Below are positions 13,859 to 22,920 of a stretch of DNA of 64,000 nt, piece by piece; position 1 is the stretch's first letter, and the number at the start of each line of letters is the position of its first letter. The notes below the pieces were generated by a model. That model saw only the letters and a program-made list of their open reading frames with translations. It was not told where the DNA came from and made no database searches. Source of the DNA: Utricularia gibba (taxonomy: Eukaryota; Plantae; Magnoliophyta); assembly GCA_002189035.1 (NCBI GenBank), contig CM007989.1, forward strand, positions 4,340,001 to 4,404,000. The letters run 5' to 3'. The position numbers and the translations under genes were made by a program.

Positions 13859-14788
13859 GCAACATAGAAGAGTTGCTTACACTGATGGCCCGGACGGTAT
13901 TGCTCATTATAGTGGAAGCATAAATTGAGTCTTCGATATTCCGCGACCTCCTTGCTTGTCATCTTCTTCTTAACTGGTAATTCAGAAGAAATTACGGGTC
14001 AAGCCACTATCATTGATTTCTCATTGAGCTTCTCCGAAGGGTGTGACTGGAGTCGAATACCTCGAGCCACTACCATCGCCTTGTTCAGAGATGCGGGCTT
14101 CAGGCATCCCACCTCTCAACACAGAGGTTCCAACAGCTCATGTATGTATATCTGCACTAGATCGGGTTCATTAATAGGGTTCATCATGGAGGCTATTTTT
14201 TCAAAGGACTGATTGTATGTGTTCAGATCTCCAGACATGTTTTGAATATGTAATAGATCTCTCAGTTTGGGGGATGCAGTAGTGTCTGAGTATCGTTGAA
14301 TGCAAGCATTTCGGAAGTCTACCCATGAGATAGTGGAGTTATGGTGCAAGAGCATTAAATACCAAGCTTGAGTTTTTCCCGACAAGTGGCAAGGTATGTA
14401 GTTCATTTTGCGAAATTCTGGGATCCCATGGAGTTGGAAGACATTCGCAACGGCTGAGCCAAGAAACAAGGTCAGAGGTCCCATCAAAATCAGGGAGTTC
14501 CATCTTATCTGGGACAGTAGGGTAAACCGGTGGAGAAACTCGACATGGGGGAAACATACTTCCCGTGGGAACATTGGCGAAAGATGGTGGGTCAGTTGGG
14601 GGTTGATGTATTTGTTGGACCAAGAGAACCTTGAGTTTTGCCGACACATCTGCCATCATGCCTCGCATAGCGGAGGAGCTTTCCTTGAGAGTATTCAATC
14701 GGCTGTCAAGGTGGCTGACAGTCGTATCCTCACCGGGAACTTCAACACCCTCTTGGACATTAGGCATGGTGTTGTTTCCGGATGAGGG

Positions 14789-14805
14789 CCCTTCCTCTAG
14801 CGCCA
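14789..14805 (-). promoter_or_regulatory. Primer-binding site of the Reina-like element, resembling the complement of the tRNA-Asn(GTT) 3' end
   Basis: TGGCGCTAGAGGAAGGG lies 4 nt after the LTR end TTATCA (14810) and about 21 nt before the gag ATG (14767). The complement of plant tRNA-Asn+CCA, as recalled, is TGGCGCTAGAAGGAGGG. Confidence 0.65.
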
Positions 14806-16206
14806 AAGATGATAAGGCCTTAGATTTCGAACGGTTAATAGGATCTAGTTTCACACAAAAGAAGATAGTCTTGAACAAAATAGACTTATTGGGATTTGGG
14901 CTGTTACAACGTACTATATTGCTCAAAAAAGTGATTAAAACAAATATTAGGATTAAATTTAGGATTTAGTCCTAATCTAAAATAAAAACATAAAAATATA
15001 TTACTAATCACAAAAATGCATAAATGCTTAATAAATCTCTAATTTTATAACATAATGTTATTTATTTTGTAGTCTTAAACTATTGAAAGACATATGTTAT
15101 CAATGATTTACTCCATCGTATGTTACTAACTCATTTTGAGTGTAGCAACAAGATCACAAAATCAGGGAAGAACAAAAATTTAGTGTAATTATCAGTCCAC
15201 AAAACACATAGCATGAGGAAGAGACAATGAATGCAATTTTCACCACAGCAATCCATAGGTTTAGGTAGGAACAATATGGGTTTCAAAACCATACTTGCAT
15301 TGGAAAAGAAGAAGATGATAGACTTAGATTTTTTCAATGGACGATGAAAATAAAGAATAACACAATGATAGAAGAAGAAGAATACTATTTTTCAGAAAAA
15401 TAAACCTAAATTTGAAGAACAACTGCTAGGTACCTAGTTCACCACTATTATTCCTAAATACTTTGTTTTACTTTGTTGGATATTATGTTTCTATGACTAT
15501 TTATTCTACAACATTTATGACACTTTCATCAGTTTATGTTTACGAATCTATGCTCTACCTATCAAACATGAGTAGCTAGATTTTAGGAATGTCTTAAAGT
15601 TTGTAAGGATAATATGGTTTAAGGTTTACTAGATAATCTACAATCGCATCATTTGGTTGTTTGTTTTTAATATTCTTCGGGTAGATCTAGGGGAGAAGCG
15701 ATGGGCATTGTGGCTCATACACTTGATTTAGAAGTAGACCAATGAATCAATATAAGGATAATAGATGATAATCTTGGGTATACCTAATGCTATATATTGT
15801 GCACATAACTAGATTTAAGTTAGAAATGAGTAAGGATATTAGAAACTACCTTAACTAAAAATTTAAGGAATAGTATGGGTAAATTTAGGTCGTTTCGAGT
15901 TATACATATAGAAAAATTATAGATTAAATTAGAAACTTAAGTACCATATCACCTAAACTTCCTTAAGGTATTTTCATGCTCTTTTATGCAAAGAATCAAC
16001 ATTTGTTGCCTTTCTCATTATCATCTTATTTTAATTACCGAATTTGCATACCATTGTTAGTTTAATATAGAACTACAAGCAAAATTAATATGAAATTTCA
16101 CATTACAAAAACACACTACTAACACAAGCTCCTTATGATCGATTCCGATTCGACCATTATATACGTTGTGATCTTGATTGAATTGAGTTATAAATTTATT
16201 TGATAA

Positions 16207-16711
16207 TGATGGGGTACAACTCGGGTGAGGATGATCGGCTTCCGAAGGGGTGCCGAAAGGAGTCTTGATGGGACAACTTCTGCCGATAGACCGATATATG
16301 CCAGAGATCTGCAGCGGCGGTATGGTGCAGTCTGAAAAGTAGTTGAGCAGGCGGCGATTGCCTGTAAAGCAGGATCAAAGTACAAACACAGAAAGGTAGC
16401 TGACATTGCAGAACTCATGATCCGTTCAGATCGACCCCCTCTATAATCAAAAGAAATGATAATGGGGCAGAGGTTGGACCTTAGGCTCCCAGCCTGTACC
16501 TTTCTTCACCACTCCCGTCTAGTACAATCTTTTTCCGACGAGCTCCGACAGCTTCGTGGTTTTTTTTGTCTTACGGCGATTTCCACGTAAAAATCTCCGC
16601 CTACCCCCGTTTCTATTGATCAAACCAAACAAAATCTCAAAAAACATAGTAAGATGTGGAATTTCCCGACTGCACCTTTCACCCGTAAGGGTGGTTTTTT
16701 CACCCTTAACA
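16207..16711 (+). mobile_element. Solo LTR, family X copy A (505 bp)
   Basis: TGATGGGG...CTTAACA termini and TSD GATAA/GATAC. Shares motif blocks with 50164-50708 and 54616-55157. Confidence 0.75.
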
Positions 16712-16752
16712 GATACGAAAATTTATTTTTTAAAATAATAGTAAAATTTGTA

Positions 16753-16962
16753 CTTATTAAGATCACGAACATAGTCTTTCAAAATATAATCAGTTGATGT
16801 TTTGTTAAATGGTGTTGATGGAGAAAAATCTCAAATACACTTAGAAGTATAAAATTTCTGCTTATTAGGATCACAAACATAGTCTTTCAAAATATGATTG
16901 GTTGATGTTTTGTTAAATGGTGTTGACATAGAAAAATCTCAAATACACTTGGCAGTATAAAA
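16753..16962. repeat. Tandem direct repeat, 2 copies, period 108 bp
   Basis: CTTATTA.GATCAC.AACATAGTCTTTCAAAATAT...GAAAAATCTCAAATACACTT..AGTATAAAA occurs at 16753 and 16861. Confidence 0.9.
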
Positions 16963-18289
16963 AGGAAAGAAATCCTCAATGAAGAAGACATCCTAAAAAA
17001 TGAAGACATGTTTCGTGTGTAAATTCAACAATGGATAGTTTCCATATGTGATTGGATATTCCAAAAAAACTGCTAATATTGTTCTTGAGGAAATTTTATC
17101 TACAACATAAATGAAATATCGAAAAACATGCAAATGAAAATAGTTCAAAGTTTCTTGGAAAATAAGCTCATAAGGAGTCTTCATCGAAAAAACTGATGAT
17201 GGAAGCTAATTGATCAAATAAATTGCATTAAGAATTGCATCTCTTCAAAAAATTTCAAGGCAAATCCACATGAAAAAACATAGAGCAAGCTAACTCAGTA
17301 AAGTAGTGATGTTTTCTTTCAACGAGACCATTTTATTGTATCGAATGAGTATACATACAATTTTGATAAATCCTATGTGTTTGAAATACAACATAGCTAG
17401 TAAAATTCATGAATTCAAAACCATTGTTAGATTGGTTCTGTCTCATAGTTTCATTCAATTAATCTTTGACAAGAGCAATGAAATTCATAATTCTTTCAGT
17501 GATATGAGCTTTGTCAAAAAGAAGATAAATCTAGATTGCTCAAGAATGATCATCAATAATAATCGCAAAATATATTGCCCCATTGTGAGAGGGTATGCAA
17601 TTATGACCCTAGAAAACAAGATGTATTAAATCAAAAGATTGTAAAGACATCATCTTAATATTTCTAGAAAAGAATAGTTGAGTCTACTTTGATAAGTGGC
17701 ATTGGAATCATGAGATTTCAAATTATGCAGAAAAGGTATTGTGTAAAACTACGATAGAAACATATCCAAAACCATGTTACAAAGTTTTTAAATCAATAAG
17801 TTTAGTGAAAATAAAGGCAAAACTAAAAGGAAATACATATGACTACGCTCCAAGCATTGAATCAGACAGGCAATACAAGTCATTGTGCATATAATCTCTT
17901 AGTACCACTTTGTCATGTTATACCGTAAAAATACCCATCAGCATTGAAAACAGCCTATAAGTTGTTTTGCTTACTTTATCACATCTTATGCATGATACAT
18001 ATTTTGTGTCTACTTAGAGTTAGAAAGTGTTTAAAGCAATTTTTTATACTTGTAGGTGGTGAATAATCTAGTCATTGACAATGTTCTAAAACATATTATG
18101 AAGCTCTTTCTTGCATACTTAATTATCTTATTTTACATATTGCCATTGTTAACCAACCACTCTGTCTTTTTAGGCATTTCAGCACTACAATCATAGAAGA
18201 TATTAGCTCCTAAATATATTAACCTCGTTTGAAAACAAGATTACTGAGTATATGCAATTGGGCACTTGATCGCATATATTCCCATTGTT

Positions 18290-18870
18290 TTTAAAATTGG
18301 CACGATTACCTAATGTTAAATGAAAATGGTATAATTAGTTTCTTTTACCATATTTAATCCTCAAATTTTGACTTATTGTATATATTTAGTTCCTAATCTT
18401 TTTTATTTTAATAATTTTTTGTCACAATTTTTTAAATATTAGTTATAATTGATCTCAAGATTTAAAAATAGATATATTTGATCCATATTTTTTGATAATT
18501 TGATAAAATTCATTTTCATTTTTTCTGACCCCACCACTCGTCACCCATCAGCCATGGCGAGTGACAGGTGATGGGCAATTGGCAACGATTGGTGATGTGG
18601 GTGTAGGTGTGGTGCTGGCGATGGTCAACGGCAGTCGGACGTTTGTTGGTAATAGTAAGATTGAATTGGACAAAAAATTAGAGTTTGAAATTGGGAATCA
18701 AATGTGTCATTAATATAAATAGTGGAGAATGTTTTTGCCCAATGTTGAAATAGTGGGCACCAATTATAGATGATTTCAAAACATTAGAAATAAACCAATT
18801 AAACCATTTAGGTAAACAGTAGTAACTATTTGCATAATTTTATCATACGCAATTTTTGTCAATTTTCTTC
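18290..18870. mobile_element. Possible non-autonomous MULE/MITE-like insertion within the copia remnant
   Basis: A GC-rich core (18525-18650) is flanked by AT-rich arms with ATTTAGTTCCT/ATTTGATCC-type motifs and inverse-type motifs on the right. TIR and TSD were not resolved. Confidence 0.3.
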
Positions 18871-19589
18871 TATTTTTCCTTAGTTGTTATGACATAATTT
18901 TTTTGAGAATGTTCCAAGTTTTCTTGGAGGATCTACTCCCCAAAATGGGATCATAAGTGCCATTAGTTATGGCTAATGTTAGCGCATGGATAGGATTCTT
19001 TTTTTTTCTTCTAGTGCTTCCTTCCAACAATAATTTCCGTATTTGATGCAATTGATTTCCTTTCCTTTGATTGAGCCATGTCTCAATCATTTCTTCATTG
19101 TCTTCAAATACATCCCAAGATCAATGTTGTCAAGATGCACAAAGGTAAAGTCAGTCAATTTTGAATGAGAAATTGAACCTCAACTCAGACTCATGGTTTT
19201 TCAGATGAAACATTCCATAGCTATCATCATGAAAAAAATCTTGTAGATCACAATATAGGAATGTAATGTATAAACGTTATTGAGTTTGATGGATAGAATT
19301 GCTCATTTCATGTACATTAATACTATTTATAGACACACAGGTTCTTCTATTTCTTTGATTCAATCATAAGATACTAATGATTCTCCATGTGCTTCTCCAA
19401 TCAAGGATTGGCTTAATGTACTTGAGCTGATTCGCTTGTGTTGGTTATAAGTCATGACTTATAATTTAAAAAAAATACTCATTCAACAAATTAACTACTT
19501 TTAATTACATTAAGTTGCTTATAAGTAATGTAAAGTAATCTTACCATGTAGAGACAATCAATAAAATCAGAACTCAGGAAATATCACAA

Positions 19590-19701
19590 TTGGGCCAATC
19601 CATAGGCCCATTCCAGGAAAAAACCAAGAGCTTATGAAGTTCGGTTATGAAGCCGTTACCCAGTGGAGGTTCAAGAACCTCGGACAAGCCGTTACCACGT
19701 G
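19590..19701 (+). promoter_or_regulatory. Site II motifs (TGGGCC/GGCCCA) and a perfect G-box CACGTG upstream of FAD7
   Basis: TTGGGCCAATCCATAGGCCCA at ~19590-19611 and CACGTG at 19696-19701; short motifs can occur by chance. Confidence 0.4.
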
Positions 19702-20191
19702 TTTATATTCTAAAGAAAGCGATTCCATCGAATGTAATAATTTTTACTATTGGGGTTCAAAACTGCGGGCGAAAAAGAAAAAAGTTTGGGTTGTCACGAT
19801 AAGGCCCACGGGGAGTGGTGCTCACTGTTTTATTGCGCGCCCGGGTACAGTGAAAAAGAAGCTGCTAGCTGTGAATACAGGAAAACACGCACTGTGTACA
19901 GATGGCTGATGGATCGAGGTGAAAGCTCCCGACTTTGATGGAACCTTAAATTCCATTTAATTCAAGATCCAAAAAAGACGTATACAAATGCAGAGCGGAT
20001 GAGTTTCAGGGCCGGAGAATAAGTTGATATCAGAGTGGCGCCACCTTTTGTCCCATTGGGGAACCCGAGATCTTTAGGGGGAATTCCTTCCGGAGTTGTC
20101 TTCTTGTAAAGGTCCCATCTTTCTGCTTTCTTCTATCGTCTACAAGGTTTAATCTTTTTGTCTGTATTGGTGGGAACGGGATTAGTTTGGA

Positions 20192-22303
20192 ATGGCGTCA
20201 TGGGTTCTATCAGGACATGGTCTGAGACCTCTTCCCAGAATTTATTCCAGGCCAACAACAAACCATGTGGTTTTGGATTCGATATCAATGCATTCTAAGT
20301 TCAGGGATTCAAGGAGATGTTTGTCTGCCTCTTCTTCAGAATATTTGGGCAGTAAATATAGAACATGGGTTTTGAACGTGAGTACTCCATTTTTACTAGA
20401 TCCAAATATTCAAGAAGAGGATGAAGGAGAACATGGTGTGGGAAAAAGAGACGGTGTTTTTGATCCAGGGGCACCACCTCCATTTAAACTATCTGATGTA
20501 AGAGCGGCCATTCCAAAGCATTGTTGGGTGAAAGATCCATGGAGATCGATGAGCTATGTTGGAAGAGATGTGGCCGTGGTGTTTGGGCTGGCAGCTGCTG
20601 CCGCATATCTCAACCACTGGCTTGTTTGGCCATTGTATTGGTTGGCTCAGGGGACCATGTTTTGGGCTCTCTTTGTCCTCGGCCATGATTGGTACATACA
20701 AATTTGTTGTCTGTATCTCTGAATTTGACTAGATCTTTTGTTTTTAAACTGGTTTTGGCTTCTGCAGTGGACATGGCAGCTTTTCTAACCATCCCAAGCT
20801 GAATAGCGTTGTTGGTCATCTGCTGCATTCATCTATATTGGTGCCTTATCATGGATGGTATGAAGTTCCAGGGATATTTGATTAATCTAACACCTGGATC
20901 ATTTTACATTTGTTGATACCTGAGAACTTTCTGTTGTTTTTTAGGAGAATCAGTCATAGGACTCATCACCAAAACCACGGCCATGTTGAAAACGATGAAT
21001 CATGGCACCCTGTAAGTAACTGAAGCATAACCTTCTTGCTTTACCATGAACTCTGGGTGCAGATTTGCCTTTGGATCATAACTCTCCTGTTTCTCAATCC
21101 CAGCTAACTGAGAAGGATTACAATAACTTGGATGCTGTTACTAAGATTTTGAGGTTCACATTGCCCTTCCCCTTGTTGGCGTACCCCATTTATCTGGTAT
21201 GCTGCATTGAGCTTTCTGCACAACAGCTTGTTTAAATACTAGAATCAGCAAAGATGATGTTTTAACATGTACATGATTGAGAGTGGTCAGAGAAGTTCCT
21301 CTCATTGTATGCATTCCATTTCAGTGGAATAGAAGTCCTGGAAAACATGGCTCGCATTTCCATCCGGGCAGTGACTTGTTCGTCCCAAGCGAAAGAACAG
21401 ATGTCATCACATCAACTGCTTGTTGGTCAGCTATGGTCATGCTTCTTGTAGGATTGTCCTTCGTTATGGGTCCGCTGCAGCTGCTAAAGCTCTACGGTGT
21501 ACCCTACACGGTCAGATGATCAATGGCTAAAACAATCTCAAATGCTTATGCCTGCTCACATGCACTTCCCACCGTGTCTAGTATCTAGATCTCCCTCTTC
21601 AGCTGCTTGCTCAAATTGCCTGATTATCTGTGAAATCTTTGAACTCCATTTGGGTGCAGGTTTTTGTGATATGGCTTGATTTGGTTACCTACCTGCATCA
21701 CCACGGCGACGCCAATAAACTTCCATGGTATCGTGGGCAGGTACACTCGATTCTCTGTTGTTCTTTCTGCTGCTAGCCGTTTCACAGTTTCCCTGGTACA
21801 ACATAGTATCATTGAAAGCAAGTGGATCATCAAGAAAATGGAATTGTTCTGCGCAGCTTGTAGATTTCAGATGAAACTAGTGATCATGTTCAAAATTTCA
21901 CTGAACAGGAATGGAGTTACCTGAGAGGGGGGCTCACTACCCTTGACCGCGACTATGGATGGATAAACAACATCCACCATGACATAGGGACTCATGTAGT
22001 TCATCACCTCTTCCCTCAAATCCCACACTATCATTTGGTTGAAGCTGTAAGTGTCAATTTTTCGTTGGGAAAATCATGGCATCCTCCCTTGCCAGTACTT
22101 CTTCATTCTGTGTGATGGGAGCTTCTCGTATGCAGACAGAAGCAGCAAAGCCAGTGCTCGGAGACTACTACAGGGAGCCTAGGAAATCAGGGCCCCTTCC
22201 ACTGCACCTGCTGGGCATTCTCATAAGAAGCATGAGGAAGGATCATTTTGTCAGTGACAATGGAGATATAATATACTACCAGACAGATCCTAACCGCAAC
22301 TGA
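20192..22303 (+). CDS. FAD7: Plastidial omega-3 fatty acid desaturase (FAD7/FAD8 type), 8 exons, 440 aa, intact
   Basis: Exons 20192-20691, 20768-20857, 20945-21011, 21104-21196, 21325-21510, 21660-21740, 21909-22046, 22136-22303 (500/90/67/93/186/81/138/168 nt). His boxes HDCGH, HRTHH, HVVHH; transit peptide MASWVLS; FDPGAPPPF motif. Confidence 0.97.
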
Positions 22304-22740
22304 TTTCTTAACTACAGATTGGCTACAAGAATCAAAGACTTATACTGAACAGGAGAATCCCCTTTTCCCTCCAATAACTGGAGTGGGCTATATTGATGGA
22401 GCAGATTGCAGCCATTTGATGAACAAAAAAGGAACCACTTCAGCAATTCTGATGCCTTAAAACTTGTGATTGAAGGAGTTAGTAGTGTACCTGAGTTGTA
22501 ACCTGTTCTTGTGTGTGGTTTTGTTGAGTTGAATTGAATGTATTAAAAAAAAAATGATATGTATAGTTGGAAAAACTGGAGAGCAGATTGATGATCGAAT
22601 AAAAAAACATCGTTGCAATCAAGACATCTAGTACAAGGTATAGAGAAAGCATCAAGTGCGAAGCATTGGAATACAAGAGAGATTTAATAAAGGACAGCTG
22701 GAACCTCGTATCAATCAAACTTGTTGTCTGGAGAGTCATC

Positions 22741-22829
22741 CTGAATGTGAAAACTCACAGCTCCCCGACAGCTGAGCAGTAGAAATCCATGTAGGAACAC
22801 TATTGGATTGGAGCAGTGTACTAATGTAC
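22741..22829 (-). other. Candidate 89-nt intron in the YAK1 3'UTR
   Basis: AAG|GTACAT donor at 22829 and TTTTCACATTCAG| acceptor at 22741; typical plant intron length. Confidence 0.4.
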
Positions 22830-22920
22830 CTTCTTTTGACTTTCAAGGATAGACGAGAAATCATGTCTACTCCTGTCACAAAGTGGTGGCAGTCCGTTGG
22901 GAGCAACTAACGGCTACGGT

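Larger units (their letters stand above)
9111..14882 (-). mobile_element. Degenerate Ty3/gypsy chromovirus (Reina-like): gag, protease, RT, RNase H, integrase, chromodomain
   Basis: gag MELPDFDGTSDLVSWLSRCE; protease VLVDIGSTHDFI; RT DYRYLNKIT...KLDLRIGFNQ...VYFNDILVYS; integrase H..GH..CxxC region; chromodomain PEAILD...LVQWHGYPIQEATWE. A 67-bp LTR block is shared at 9111-9177 and 14816-14882 (6 mismatches). Many stops and frameshifts. Confidence 0.9.
8160..15102 (-). mobile_element. Athila-like solo LTR (~1.15 kb) split by the Reina element; halves are 8160-9110 and 14883-15102
   Basis: Plus-strand termini TGGTAAAC...GTTATCA, with perfect TSD ATGAT (8155-8159 and 15103-15107). The two halves align collinearly with solo LTR 12711-13858. 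Confidence 0.75.
8015..16750 (+). mobile_element. Athila-like 3' LTR, interrupted; own sequence is 8015-8159, 15108-16206 and 16712-~16750
   Basis: Starts TGATAA. 15400-16206 shares blocks (GGTAGATCTAGGGG, GTAGACCAA, GTTATAAATTTATTTGATA) with the reverse complement of solo LTR 12711-13858. The right end is approximate. Confidence 0.6.
16753..19450 (-). mobile_element. Highly degenerate Ty1/copia remnant (LTR, gag, integrase)
   Basis: KTPYELIF...FHLHVF...ISSRTILAVFLEY (16993-17184) is copia integrase C-terminal-like. TYDPILGSRSSKKTWNILKK (18887-19090) is gag-like. CTATAAATAG-type LTR motif near 19325. Confidence 0.6.

Noticed and set aside
14883-14908. TGTAACAG at 14908 (minus) as the start of a 99-bp Reina 5' LTR
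   Set aside because: 14885-14930 aligns with the Athila solo LTR (13655-13700), so it is host sequence rather than a Reina terminus
5144-19450. The copia RNase H/3' LTR (5.1-6.2 kb) and copia gag/integrase (16.8-19.4 kb) as two halves of one element split by the nest
   Set aside because: Domain order and strand fit, but the putative LTR at ~19230-19450 shows no visible similarity to 5144-5862 and no TSD was found
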